From positions 1 to 57,197 of IMG/VR virus record IMGVR_UViG_3300025759_000110: a stretch of DNA of 57,197 nt. One strand, 5' to 3'. This document shows, one piece after another, positions 44,030-54,128 of this stretch. A program made the translations under genes and the position numbers. The stretch comes from a virus. Lineage: Duplodnaviria > Caudoviricetes. The notes under the pieces are model-generated. The model was not told the DNA's origin. It searched no databases and saw nothing but the letters and a program-made list of their open reading frames with translations. Positions within the stretch are counted from its first letter, which is position 1. Each line of letters begins with the position of its first letter.

Positions 44030-44322
44030 GATGTTGTTACCGTGACGTCTCCCACGGCCCCCGTTGCTTGCTGACCACGAACATGAGGCGTGTCAGCAAG
44101 CGTGATTTTTACGAATCCATCTTGCTGAAATAGAGCGCCAGTCTCTAATCCGCTATCGTCAGTCTGTAGGTTGGTTAATACCAGTTGCGTGTGTCTCCCC
44201 TCACCCGGGTTCTGCATATTCTCCAAATATGTAGAGAAAGAACGCACTAACTCTGCAAAATATTGTTGAGTATATTCACCGGGAGGTATCGGGAAGAACG
44301 GACGAACTAGGTTTCTTGACAT
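44026..44322 (-). CDS. Virion structural protein
   Basis: 98 aa, coupled to the nozzle gene. Confidence 0.65.
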   Translation of the reverse strand: MSRNLVRPFFPIPPGEYTQQYFAELVRSFSTYLENMQNPGEGRHTQLVLTNLQTDDSGLETGALFQQDGFVKITLADTPHVRGQQATGAVGDVTVTTS

Positions 44323-46439
44323 TAACGTCTCCCATCTGGACGAACATCAAGACGTGGCGAGCCAAGCCGCCAAGCAATACCCGTATCGGTCGTTTCAATA
44401 CGGAATGCAAACGATCTGCCACGCAAACGTAAGTGAACTTGATCGGTAAACTGTTCAACAGGCACAGAAGCCGTCTTTTCTATAGTCGAAGCCGTGCTAT
44501 TGGCATATGCATCACCCGGGAAATTACGCATTTTGACCGTCATACTGGCCCCCGGCGTCTCATTCGTACTGTCTCTGAACGTCAAATCAGGCACAATCCT
44601 GCGCACAAACGCAAAGTTATCACCCTCGCCAATATCTAACTGACTGCTCTCAATATAGGACGTAATTGCCGACGCTGGATTGGTCGAACCGTCGTCCAAA
44701 CCAAACTCCTGATAGTAAAGCGCGTGGTCCGTGGACGCCGCAACGGGATACGCGTCCACCCCGCGGTCCAACCAACATGTACGGGAAAGCGTACCGTAGT
44801 ACCAAATCTGTTGCTGGTAGTTGTAAACCACATAACGGTCATTTTCAGTGCTATTCGCTGACGGATAGAACCACCAAACTTCAGAATATGCCGTGTTTGT
44901 CGCAGCCGTAACCTTGTCAATCTGACCTTCGTTAAAGTCACTAAACACATAGTCGCGGACCGTGCATGGCAAACGCTGTACCGTACCGCCATAGACGTAG
45001 AACTCTTCCGCGCCCATCCAAAACACGTTGTCTTCCACAGAAACCGCGGCAAGTGGCCCCGCAATCGTAATGTTTTCCGACACCAAGTTAATGCCGAAGG
45101 TGAAGGGTGGTCCCAAATACTGCATTGCGTGTAGCGAAACGTCGGTAAACACAAGGATTTGCTGGCGCGTTTCAATCGCGTTAACAATCTCGGACCCCGA
45201 ACCTAACCGAAGGTCACCAGCGGTGTTTGTCGCTTGTGCAGCCCAAACCAACGGGTTCTCTTGGTCAGAGAACCGGATTAACAAAGGGTCTTGTGTGCCA
45301 ATGTCGTTTTCAGGATCGCAACCAAAAGCAATAATGTGTCTGTCGCGGTCTGAAACCAAAACCTTTTTGGCAATTGTCGGCGTTGTACTGTCCGCACCCG
45401 CCAAATCTTTTAGCTCAACAGCGCGTGTGGTCAAACCGTTGGTTTTATCCCAGTAGTAAATGCCGCCGTCGCGCACATTAATAAGCAGGTCTTCACCAAA
45501 GTTATCGTGCGACCAAATACGCAATGTCGAACCTTGTACAGCCAAAGACGCGCCCGAACCCCACGTGCCACGTGCCCAAGTGCCTGCGCCCCAGCCCGTA
45601 CCTGTAACCGTGGTGTCCAAACCAGACTGGATTTGATACGTGCCAACAACAGAAGCTCCGCCATTACCCGTGTCAGAAGCCGTCGCAAAGACGTAAGTTG
45701 GCGTATAGCCCGTTGTTGTTGTTATTGAGTTCAGTGTTGCCACTTCACGCGCTTCGACCAAGTAGGTGTCATTGTCTACAACGTGACTAATCTGGTATTC
45801 TTGGTTCAAGATGTCGGCGGTTATAGCGTCGCCAAGCGTTGTAGCTCCGCTAAACGTTACAAAGTCATTATCCTCTGCACCGTGGGCCGTGTCTGATATA
45901 GCGATGGTCGCGCACTTTACGGCGTCACCACTTGTGTGCGCTGCGGCGTCCGTGCCATTAAAACCACGCTCCAAGCCTACCAAATCACTACCGCTAATTG
46001 CAGCGTAGCGAATAACTTCGTCGTTAATCTTAATAACGCCTGTTTCAGGAAACCCGGTAGAACTTGTCAGTGTGAGCATTGTGTCGGCAATACTGACGTT
46101 TCCGTTCAAAGTATTAGCTGCCGCGGCGAACGTTACGTCGCCCGCAGAAGTCGTTGCACGAATGGGCGTAATATCGGAATACCCGCCACCTTCGTTAATG
46201 TAATACTTCAGGTGCGTACCAACGCCCAGATACCGCGAACCGTCGAGCGCGACCCACGGGTGTAAAGCGCGGCATGTACCTAAGTGAAAGGTGGCGGAAG
46301 TTTTCTCCCAGCCACCTATTTTTTCAGGGAAGCCAAAACGAAACCGTACCTTGTCACAGTCAAACCAACCACCCTCGTTACTATACGAGGTGGTTTCTCG
46401 GTTAACACCGGGGCGGAATTGCAACTTGGTAAACGGCAT
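44322..46439 (-). CDS. Tail nozzle / head-stabilisation protein (P22 gp10-like role)
   Basis: 705 aa, beta-rich; DPLLIRFSDQE and EVWWFYPS motifs; precedes the ejection genes. Confidence 0.7.
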   Translation of the reverse strand: MPFTKLQFRPGVNRETTSYSNEGGWFDCDKVRFRFGFPEKIGGWEKTSATFHLGTCRALHPWVALDGSRYLGVGTHLKYYINEGGGYSDITPIRATTSAGDVTFAAAANTLNGNVSIADTMLTLTSSTGFPETGVIKINDEVIRYAAISGSDLVGLERGFNGTDAAAHTSGDAVKCATIAISDTAHGAEDNDFVTFSGATTLGDAITADILNQEYQISHVVDNDTYLVEAREVATLNSITTTTGYTPTYVFATASDTGNGGASVVGTYQIQSGLDTTVTGTGWGAGTWARGTWGSGASLAVQGSTLRIWSHDNFGEDLLINVRDGGIYYWDKTNGLTTRAVELKDLAGADSTTPTIAKKVLVSDRDRHIIAFGCDPENDIGTQDPLLIRFSDQENPLVWAAQATNTAGDLRLGSGSEIVNAIETRQQILVFTDVSLHAMQYLGPPFTFGINLVSENITIAGPLAAVSVEDNVFWMGAEEFYVYGGTVQRLPCTVRDYVFSDFNEGQIDKVTAATNTAYSEVWWFYPSANSTENDRYVVYNYQQQIWYYGTLSRTCWLDRGVDAYPVAASTDHALYYQEFGLDDGSTNPASAITSYIESSQLDIGEGDNFAFVRRIVPDLTFRDSTNETPGASMTVKMRNFPGDAYANSTASTIEKTASVPVEQFTDQVHLRLRGRSFAFRIETTDTGIAWRLGSPRLDVRPDGRR

Positions 46440-46451
46440 TCATCACTCCAC

Positions 46452-46688
46452 CTAGTTAACGACTTCTGCTTCCTCTACCTCTTCTTGAGGGTTTTCGAGG
46501 GCATCCGCCAATAGTTCAACGAACTTCTGACGCCCAATAGACAGTTGGTCCAAGTTAAACTGAGCGTTGCCCAGCTTGCGGTCCAAATCCTGAACGTGGT
46601 TCAGGTATGCCTTTTGAGTGTCGTTCATGTCTTCGACAAAGTATTCTGTGTCGTTGACTGTGATGGGTGTCTTTTCATTTTTTCCCAT
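46452..46688 (-). CDS. Small coiled-coil protein following the tail fibre
   Basis: 78 aa, AGGAG RBS. Confidence 0.7.
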   Translation of the reverse strand: MGKNEKTPITVNDTEYFVEDMNDTQKAYLNHVQDLDRKLGNAQFNLDQLSIGRQKFVELLADALENPQEEVEEAEVVN

Positions 46689-46710
46689 GCTAGTCTCCTA
46701 TGTTAAAGTT

Positions 46711-46932
46711 TTACGAGTTAGCTGCAATAGCAGCGTTAACCGCAGTCATATCTTCCGTTGTCCAGAAGTCTTTAGCAACCATCAACTGTAGATGCTCTAC
46801 GTTGCGTGACACAGTGTCAGCCCATTCAGCATCGTCCATGCCCTCTGGTTGCCCAGCGTTTAATAGATCAACAGAGTGACCCATTGCTGTGTAGTGTTGT
46901 GCGATTTCTTCCGCAGTTGGTGTATCAGTCAT
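46711..46932 (-). CDS. Small tail-fibre-associated protein
   Basis: Start MTDTPT after AAGGAG. Confidence 0.7.
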   Translation of the reverse strand: MTDTPTAEEIAQHYTAMGHSVDLLNAGQPEGMDDAEWADTVSRNVEHLQLMVAKDFWTTEDMTAVNAAIAANS

Positions 46933-46960
46933 GTCTTTCTCCTTTTCTGACTGGTTACGA

Positions 46961-49900
46961 TTATGCACTTTCCAGTGCGGCTAAACGAGCTTCCAACTCA
47001 TCGTTTTTAGCGGATAGCTCTTGAATTGCTTTAATCATGTGCCAAGTAAGTTCGTCTTCTTGAACAGTGTGAATACCTCTGTCGTCTGTTCCGACTGCAC
47101 TTGGTATAACCTGTGCTAACTCTTGAGCTATACAGCCAACCTGAATTCCAGATTTATTTACAGCTATTTGTGTTTTATCATAATCCTGTAGGTCAGGGTC
47201 TGTTATTTCATCAGCCGTTCTATACTCAAAGTTTCTAACCCTGATCTGATTTATTTCGGATAGACCAACAGTGCTGTCCGTGATGTTTTTCTTTATGCGC
47301 TCATCAGAAGTAGTATTCCAAGACGATGTATTGCCTGTGTTATAAACACCTCCACTGCCCACTACTCTAAAAGAGCTATTAGCTGCAAAAGTGCCTACTC
47401 CTGCGCCTAAAGCCACTGCTCCAACACGACTTGTATTGTCTGTGTCAGCATCTTGACCAACACAGACGTTACTGTTTCCACTTATACACAAATCTCCTGC
47501 TTGATACCCTAAGAATGTATTGTAATACCCTTCTACAATAGAAGAACCAGCAGCGTACCCCACAGCCGTGTTGTTCATGTTATTTACAGTTGAACCCGGA
47601 GCATTTTGGCTTTGTAATGCGTAGTTACCAATGGCAACATTGCGACTGCCAACGTCCTCTGCCACCAGAGCATTTCTGCCAATAGCAACATTTAACTCAC
47701 CTAAAGTCATTGACTGCATGGCTTGGAAGCCAACGGCAGTGTTGTCGCTGGCGGTGGTGTTGTTAGTGAGGGCGTTAGAACCAACGGCAACATTGTTATT
47801 ACCTGTTGTGTTGTCATAAAGTGCTACATCACCAATGGCAGTATTGTTTGATGCAGTACTATTAGAGTGTAAAGCATAGTCACCAAATGCTGCGTTATAC
47901 TGACCAGTAGTATTAGAATAAAGGGATTGATACCCAACCGCTGTGTTGGCATTGGCGGTGGTGTTGTTTTGCAAAGCATCACCACCAAGGGCTACGTTAT
48001 AGCTGCCCGTAGTATTATCAAACAAAGACAAAGCACCAACAGCCACGTTATCCGCACCTGATGTGACAACATACATTGCGGCATTACCAACGGCTACGTT
48101 TTCTCCACCTGTTACACCTGCACTATTGCCGCCAAGTGCCAAACGACCAACAGCAACTCCAGATGGGCCTGTTGTTACTCCGTAACCAGCCCTATAGCCA
48201 ACATAAGTTGCTTCTACGTTAGTAGCATTATATCCAGCTTGATAGCCTAAAGCCGTGTTTTCACTTGATGTTCCTATCGTATAAAGTGACTGATACCCAA
48301 CAGCCGTGTTGTAGCTGGCGGTGGTGTTGGAGAATAGTGAACTTTCCCCTACAGCCGTATTATAAGACCCTGTGGAGCCTGTTCTGTAGGCATTTGTACC
48401 GATAGCAACGTTCTGAGTACCAGTAGTATTTCCATGCGCAGCATCTCTACCTACTGCAACGATGTTAGTACCTGAAGTATTACTGTAAGCAGCCTCATAA
48501 CCAACGGCGGTGTTAGTTATTCCATTAGAATTATAAAGAGAACGATAACCTACGGCAGTGCTTAAACCCGCAGTAGTAGCGGAAGCTAAGGCTTGATGCC
48601 CCAATGCTGTATTATATGACGATGTGGTCATAGCAGCAGCAGCATCACGGCCCACTGCTACATTGTAGCCTGCGGTAGTAGTTAATCTCAACGCTGCTAA
48701 ACCAATGGCTACGTTATTTGTGCCTGTAGTATTTGTATAAAGCGCCTGATACCCCACAGCCGTATTGTCGCTGGCGGTGGTGTTACTATATCCCGCCTGA
48801 TAACCCACTGCCGTGTTGTTGCTGGCGGTGGTGTTGGAGAGTAATGCACGGTATCCTAAAGCAGTATTATAACTACCCGTAGTATTAATTCCTAATGAAC
48901 CACTACCAAACGCAGAGTTAAACCCACCTGTCGTATTTGCGGCCATAACCTGATAACCTAGGGCCGCATTGTCCCTACCGCTGGTATTTGCAGCTAAACC
49001 ACTATGTCCGACTACGGTATTTTGTCCTACTCCTGATGCAGACCCACCCATTGTGTTACCGCCAATAGCAATACTTGGCCCAGAAAGTGCAGTTGTTATA
49101 CCTAGTCCCGCTTGATAACCAATTGCAATAGTGCTTGATGCAGTTGTAACATTTTGACCTGCTTGTCTGCCAATAAATGTATTCTGCGCCCCAGTAGTAT
49201 TACTATACCCCGCCCTAAAACCAACAGCGGTGTTATTACCTGCAGTAGTGTTTGAATAAAGACTTTCCATACCCAAAGCTACGTTGTAACTGCCTGTAGA
49301 GTTTGTGTAGAAAGCAAGGCCACCAAGTGCTAAGTTTTGTTCTCCAGTGGTATTACTAAATGCAGCCTGTCGGCCCATAGCCGTGTTGTAGTTTGCGGTG
49401 GTGTTTGCATACAACGACTGATAACCCACTGCCGTGTTGTAGTTGGCGGTGGTGTTAGAACGTAGTGCATCTCGACCCAAGCCTACATTGTATATACCTG
49501 TCGTATTGCTTAATAGAGAACTCACACCAACCGCAGTGTTTTCTCCACCAGTGGTATTTGAGTATAGCGCATTATAGCCATACGCCGTGTTATAATTCCC
49601 AGTCGTACTTGAGAACATAGAAACGTAACCTGCGGAAGTATTGCCGTTGCCTGTAGTATTACTATAACCAGCCTGATACCCAACCGCAGTGTTGTTGCTG
49701 GCGGTGGTGTTGGAGTAGAGGGCACTATCACCTAATGCTGTGTTGTAGTTTCCTGTTGTATTAAGCAGCAACGCCACATATCCGACGCCGGTATTTGAAA
49801 CACCTGTCGTGGTTTGTTGCACTGCATTTGCACCAAAACCTGTGTTTTGAGACCCTGTACTATTGCCATAACCAGTTCTGCGACCAAAATAAGAATTGTT

Positions 49901-51301
49901 TTGCCCTGTACTATTGCCAAAGCCAGCCTGATACCCCACAGCGGTGTTGTTGCTGGCGGTGGTGTTGCTAACTAGCGCATCATGCCCCATCGCAGTGTTG
50001 TATGAACCAGTATTAAAATACAGCGAGTTCATACCTAAGGACGAGTTCGATGTTCCTGTTTGGTTTGTGTACTGTGAGCCGTATCCTACTGCAGTGTTGT
50101 TGGATGCGGTGGTGTTGGAGGTAAGAGCCTGACGGCCTAATGCTGTATTGTATGAGCCTGTGGTGTTTGCGTCTAATGTTGCCGCACCCATTGCAACATT
50201 GTCACCCCCACTTGTATTAAGCGCCATAGAAGATGCACCAACAGCGGTGTTATTTGAGCCTGTGTTTGCTGTTAAAGATGCATCACCTATTGCGACATTA
50301 TAATTGCCGACACTTGCATCATCTAATGCAGCATTACCCAACGCCACATTCTCTATACCAGTAGGATAATTCCCATCCAGCTTGATCGTGCCGCCATCGA
50401 CGCTGACGTTACCAGCTACAGTAAGGCCATCTGATGTAACAGTGCCGTCCACGTTAAGTGATGTATTAAAATCAACTGCGCCCGTAACCGTAAGAGCCGC
50501 TGTATCAATCGTCATTGCGGTAGACGCGTCAATATCAACAGTAGGTGCAACAATTTCAATCTCAGTATCCGCGTCAATGTCCAGTTGCCCATCGGCAGAA
50601 GAGCTGATCTTCAACGCTGTGTCGCGAAACTGAAGCTCATCGGTTGTTGTCATCTGAATAGCATTGCCACCAGATGTATTGCCGTTAGCGAGAACCTCGG
50701 ACAGTTCGTTGTTCGCACCAACCTGTGCGTCAACATAAGCCTTGATCGACTCAGATGTCGCAATGTTCGTCGCCGCAGCCGTCGCCATTGTATCGTCGTC
50801 GATAATCTCAGTGACCGAAACAGAACCCAAACGCAGGCTGTCAAAGTACGCATTGTTAAACACGTTCGCCGCTACCGCGCCAGAACCCGCACCGTCAAAG
50901 TAAATAACCGCAGTCGTTCCCGCAGGAAGCTCGTAGTCGTTACTCGCGTTATACGTCCCTTGGAACAGGATAATGCTGCGCGATCCCGCCAGATCGTTGC
51001 GGATGTAAATAATCTTTTCCGCGTCATTCGGCGTCAACTGCACATAGGCCGTCGCACCTAGATCGCCGCCATCGTTAAAGATAACCATGCGGTTACGACC
51101 ATCGGACGCCGCACCGTCGCTAATCGCCAGTGTATTCGGAGAACCAGAAGTCCCTGCGCTCGGCAGGGTAACCGTGACCTGACCGTCAAGAGCCGTATCA
51201 ACCAAGCTCAAGTTTGTGTTCGTTGTATCGCCCCACGTACCGGACTGTTCACCGGTTGCTATAAGTTCGATACCGTTATTCAGTGTATATGTACTGGGCA
51301 T
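46961..51301 (-). CDS. Tail fibre with ~14-aa beta-helix repeats and C-terminal peptidase S74 chaperone
   Basis: Repeats of the type NTAVGYQALYSNTTG; SDERIKKNI...GCIAQE...KAIQEL coiled coil. Confidence 0.88.
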   Translation of the reverse strand: MPSTYTLNNGIELIATGEQSGTWGDTTNTNLSLVDTALDGQVTVTLPSAGTSGSPNTLAISDGAASDGRNRMVIFNDGGDLGATAYVQLTPNDAEKIIYIRNDLAGSRSIILFQGTYNASNDYELPAGTTAVIYFDGAGSGAVAANVFNNAYFDSLRLGSVSVTEIIDDDTMATAAATNIATSESIKAYVDAQVGANNELSEVLANGNTSGGNAIQMTTTDELQFRDTALKISSSADGQLDIDADTEIEIVAPTVDIDASTAMTIDTAALTVTGAVDFNTSLNVDGTVTSDGLTVAGNVSVDGGTIKLDGNYPTGIENVALGNAALDDASVGNYNVAIGDASLTANTGSNNTAVGASSMALNTSGGDNVAMGAATLDANTTGSYNTALGRQALTSNTTASNNTAVGYGSQYTNQTGTSNSSLGMNSLYFNTGSYNTAMGHDALVSNTTASNNTAVGYQAGFGNSTGQNNSYFGRRTGYGNSTGSQNTGFGANAVQQTTTGVSNTGVGYVALLLNTTGNYNTALGDSALYSNTTASNNTAVGYQAGYSNTTGNGNTSAGYVSMFSSTTGNYNTAYGYNALYSNTTGGENTAVGVSSLLSNTTGIYNVGLGRDALRSNTTANYNTAVGYQSLYANTTANYNTAMGRQAAFSNTTGEQNLALGGLAFYTNSTGSYNVALGMESLYSNTTAGNNTAVGFRAGYSNTTGAQNTFIGRQAGQNVTTASSTIAIGYQAGLGITTALSGPSIAIGGNTMGGSASGVGQNTVVGHSGLAANTSGRDNAALGYQVMAANTTGGFNSAFGSGSLGINTTGSYNTALGYRALLSNTTASNNTAVGYQAGYSNTTASDNTAVGYQALYTNTTGTNNVAIGLAALRLTTTAGYNVAVGRDAAAAMTTSSYNTALGHQALASATTAGLSTAVGYRSLYNSNGITNTAVGYEAAYSNTSGTNIVAVGRDAAHGNTTGTQNVAIGTNAYRTGSTGSYNTAVGESSLFSNTTASYNTAVGYQSLYTIGTSSENTALGYQAGYNATNVEATYVGYRAGYGVTTGPSGVAVGRLALGGNSAGVTGGENVAVGNAAMYVVTSGADNVAVGALSLFDNTTGSYNVALGGDALQNNTTANANTAVGYQSLYSNTTGQYNAAFGDYALHSNSTASNNTAIGDVALYDNTTGNNNVAVGSNALTNNTTASDNTAVGFQAMQSMTLGELNVAIGRNALVAEDVGSRNVAIGNYALQSQNAPGSTVNNMNNTAVGYAAGSSIVEGYYNTFLGYQAGDLCISGNSNVCVGQDADTDNTSRVGAVALGAGVGTFAANSSFRVVGSGGVYNTGNTSSWNTTSDERIKKNITDSTVGLSEINQIRVRNFEYRTADEITDPDLQDYDKTQIAVNKSGIQVGCIAQELAQVIPSAVGTDDRGIHTVQEDELTWHMIKAIQELSAKNDELEARLAALESA
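47751..50113 (+). repeat. Ten co-oriented GCGGTGGT(GTT) motifs within the tail-fibre repeats
   Basis: Starts at 47751, 47955, 48318, 48774, 48825, 49395, 49446, 49701, 49956 and 50106. Confidence 0.85.
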
Positions 51302-51312
51302 TTTCTAAAACC

Positions 51313-52710
51313 TTATGCTGCAATCCGCGTCCATGTCGGGTCTTGAGACGGCGTCTCTTCTGAATACCCGGGAGACTGAACTGGCGTCTCCTCACTATAA
51401 CTCGGATTTTGATTTGGAACAATGCTGCCGTATACCAATACTTGGCCCACGGAAGATGTCATTTCGAGGCCGGTGACAGGAACATCTGAACCCGCGGTGA
51501 CAGTTGCAGTTCCAACCTCACCCGTTCCTTCAACACCGGTTACATTTACGCTGGCTCGAACTTCAACAGTAACCGAGCCAACGCCCGCTGTTGCTTCAAG
51601 ACCAGTTGTGGGCGCTGTCGCCCCAGCGGATACTTCAATAAATCCGCCATATACAAAACCTTGGGCCTGCAAGCCCGAAGGTATTTCAACGATAGCGTCG
51701 GCCTCAACAATAACGCCACCCTCTGTTTCGTTGATGATGTCTGTAGAGCCGTTAGTACCGTCAAAGTGCAGAAGTGCCGTTGTGTCGCCGTCTACTGCGT
51801 AATTAACAGTTGGTTCAGTGAAAGACGTGCCCCCATAACGAGCAACGGAAGACAGACGCAGTTCATCAATGTATCCATTGAAATCACCAAAGCCGTTCTT
51901 TCCAATAGCAAAGACGCCATCATCTGGGCGGTTTCCAGTAGAACTTGATGCCTCTAACACCCCATTGATGTAAAGCCTGTGAACACTCCCTTCTCTTTCA
52001 ACAGAGATCATAGTCCAGACGTTCGCGGAAATTCTGGTACTAGATAAAAAGAGTGTTGTTGACCCTGCAACAGTGCCTTGAACCTGATCTCCAATCAAAT
52101 ACACATTAAGCAGAGAGCTTGTACCTGACTGCCACAAGCCTTTGTAGCCTGTAACACTTGTTGGGCGAATCCACATATCTACTGTGAAATCACCAGAACT
52201 TAGGTCAATGTTATCGTCAGACGTTACAAAATCATCTGTACCATCAAGCAGTAGTGAAGCTGAACCAAATTTGGCTTGGGCTGTTGAAAGCTGCGCAGTG
52301 CCATCCGCCGTAAAGGCAGAACCACCGGTTGGAGTTAGGGCCTCCGCGGAAACGCCAGTAACACTAACGTTTGCGTCACCTTCCATCGTGACGGTTCCGA
52401 CTGCGCCCGTAGCTTCTAGTCCCGTTACACTTACATCTGCATTAGCCTGAACTGCGACTGAACCAACGTTGCCCGTTGCTTCCAGCCCCGTGACAGGGAT
52501 GTTTGCTTCCCCGCTTACGGTTACAGTTCCAACCGCGCCAGTGGCCTCTAATCCGGACGGACTTACATTTGCGTCTGCCGTTACCGTGACCGCGCCCACC
52601 GCGCCTGTAGCTTCTACGCCGTCTACCGATACCTTTAGTATCGGTGTGCCAAAGGAACCGTCACTCCAAGTGGAACGACCCCACCCTTCATATAGAGTTG
52701 ACGATGCCAC
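51313..52710 (-). CDS. Tail protein with ConA-like lectin/LamG domain flanked by VTGLEATG repeats
   Basis: KFGSASLLLDG...DFTVDMW...FNGYIDELRLS...ALLHFDG. Confidence 0.8.
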   Translation of the reverse strand: MASSTLYEGWGRSTWSDGSFGTPILKVSVDGVEATGAVGAVTVTADANVSPSGLEATGAVGTVTVSGEANIPVTGLEATGNVGSVAVQANADVSVTGLEATGAVGTVTMEGDANVSVTGVSAEALTPTGGSAFTADGTAQLSTAQAKFGSASLLLDGTDDFVTSDDNIDLSSGDFTVDMWIRPTSVTGYKGLWQSGTSSLLNVYLIGDQVQGTVAGSTTLFLSSTRISANVWTMISVEREGSVHRLYINGVLEASSSTGNRPDDGVFAIGKNGFGDFNGYIDELRLSSVARYGGTSFTEPTVNYAVDGDTTALLHFDGTNGSTDIINETEGGVIVEADAIVEIPSGLQAQGFVYGGFIEVSAGATAPTTGLEATAGVGSVTVEVRASVNVTGVEGTGEVGTATVTAGSDVPVTGLEMTSSVGQVLVYGSIVPNQNPSYSEETPVQSPGYSEETPSQDPTWTRIAA

Positions 52711-52720
52711 GGCCTTATCC

Positions 52721-53149
52721 TTACGCTATCCGGATAATTGCGTTTGACGCGTCTGCCGTTGGAAAGATGATTGTAAAATCACCGGCGGTAGATGTCTTAT
52801 CCGATCCAAAGTCCAAAACAACAACCGCACGGTTGCCATTTGTAGAGTTATAAATCAATGCACCCCGCGCTGTGATCGTCGCCGTTGAAAACGTAAAATC
52901 AGCAAAATCACAAAACGCTGTTGTTCCAGACGTAGTCGGATCAATATTTGTCAACGTGCCGCCGCCCGCAGTATATCCTGTGCCGCTAATCTCGCCGGTA
53001 GTTGTGTATACCGTCGTAGAGGCATCAAGCGTTGCGGTGTTGTCGTACAACGCAATTTTGTAGGCATTTGCGCCTACATTAAAGTCGTGCAAACCTTCCA
53101 AGACTTCTTGCTTAAAAGACGTACACATGTAGTTTCCGGTAAAAGCCAT
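52721..53149 (-). CDS. Virion structural protein
   Basis: 142 aa MAFTGNYMCTSFK...ARGALIYN...FPTADASNAIIRIA. Confidence 0.75.
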   Translation of the reverse strand: MAFTGNYMCTSFKQEVLEGLHDFNVGANAYKIALYDNTATLDASTTVYTTTGEISGTGYTAGGGTLTNIDPTTSGTTAFCDFADFTFSTATITARGALIYNSTNGNRAVVVLDFGSDKTSTAGDFTIIFPTADASNAIIRIA

Positions 53150-53175
53150 GTATCTTCTCCTTTTCTAAGCCTAAC

Positions 53176-53826
53176 TTACTGTTTCGGCCTAATTACCTTT
53201 CCAGTTCTGTACTCGTCGGTAACCTCTTTAGATTCGCCGAACATCTTCAGTCCAGTGATCGCTTCCGCAAAACGCTTCTCATATTGCGCCATTACGTCCT
53301 GCTCACCCTTCATATAGATATACGCTTCAATCAACGAACCGTATAACAACGCTAACTCTGCATTTTCACTCAACCAAGTGGTGCCAGAACCCGATCCAGC
53401 GGTCAAACTAGCTGGTCTATAGAAATAATGCAGCTCTACAGCGTAACTTGAGTCCGGTGTCGGCCCCAAAACGAAGTTATCAATGTCAAAAACCGCGTAA
53501 TAACGCGGATTCCCCGTCGTGGTGGCGTCTGGATTGAAAGATTGGACGAAATCTACGTCTTTAAAATCCAAAAACACGTGATCGCTGTCCGAATTAACAA
53601 AAGAAAGCGAATATGGAGCCAAAAAGTCGCTCGGACAAGCCAAATACTTGTTAGAAGACGTCATATTGCCACTAACATTCTTCCGAAACAGGCTTAATTG
53701 CACATTTTTAAGAATGCGCTCCTCCGCCTGACGGATAAACAACGGCAAATTGTTCACAAAAGACGTTTCGTCGTTCTCTGTGTAGTCCTGAATGGCCTGT
53801 TTTAGTTCATCGTATGTAAAGCTCAT
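53176..53826 (-). CDS. Tail adaptor-like structural protein
   Basis: 216 aa; GNPRYYA...PTPD...LLYGSL. Confidence 0.7.
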   Translation of the reverse strand: MSFTYDELKQAIQDYTENDETSFVNNLPLFIRQAEERILKNVQLSLFRKNVSGNMTSSNKYLACPSDFLAPYSLSFVNSDSDHVFLDFKDVDFVQSFNPDATTTGNPRYYAVFDIDNFVLGPTPDSSYAVELHYFYRPASLTAGSGSGTTWLSENAELALLYGSLIEAYIYMKGEQDVMAQYEKRFAEAITGLKMFGESKEVTDEYRTGKVIRPKQ

Positions 53827-54128
53827 GACGTACTCACCGTAACTTGCCCAACTTTACCAAATGCCTGCGGCGGAAGAAGGTTTGGTGCCTCTACAAGAGG
53901 AATACCAACAAATACATCCAGCGGCTCAATACGGTCAGGTCTTGCATTCTCAAGAGCCTGCGGGTCTACAACCTTGCGAAACGGCCCAAGCTGCGGGTGT
54001 TTTGGCTCATACTCGTCGGGACCCACAAGCAAACCATTCCACTCGCGCTTCATCACCTTATATGGATAACGAAACCCAGAGCGGTCAGATATTGCCCACG
54101 AATCTTTTCCCGAAGCAAACTTAGCCAT
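53823..54128 (-). CDS. Virion-module hypothetical protein
   Basis: AISDRSGFRYPY...EPKHPQL. Confidence 0.7.
   Translation of the reverse strand: MAKFASGKDSWAISDRSGFRYPYKVMKREWNGLLVGPDEYEPKHPQLGPFRKVVDPQALENARPDRIEPLDVFVGIPLVEAPNLLPPQAFGKVGQVTVSTS

Noticed and set aside
33073-46514. Numerous plus-strand and alternate-frame ORFs overlapping the virion genes
   Set aside because: Shadow ORFs antisense to long, well-supported genes, without RBS or recognisable motifs.
46961-51301. Diversity-generating retroelement acting on the tail fibre
   Set aside because: No reverse transcriptase and no TR/VR pair differing at adenines was seen; the repeats are protein-level beta-helix units.
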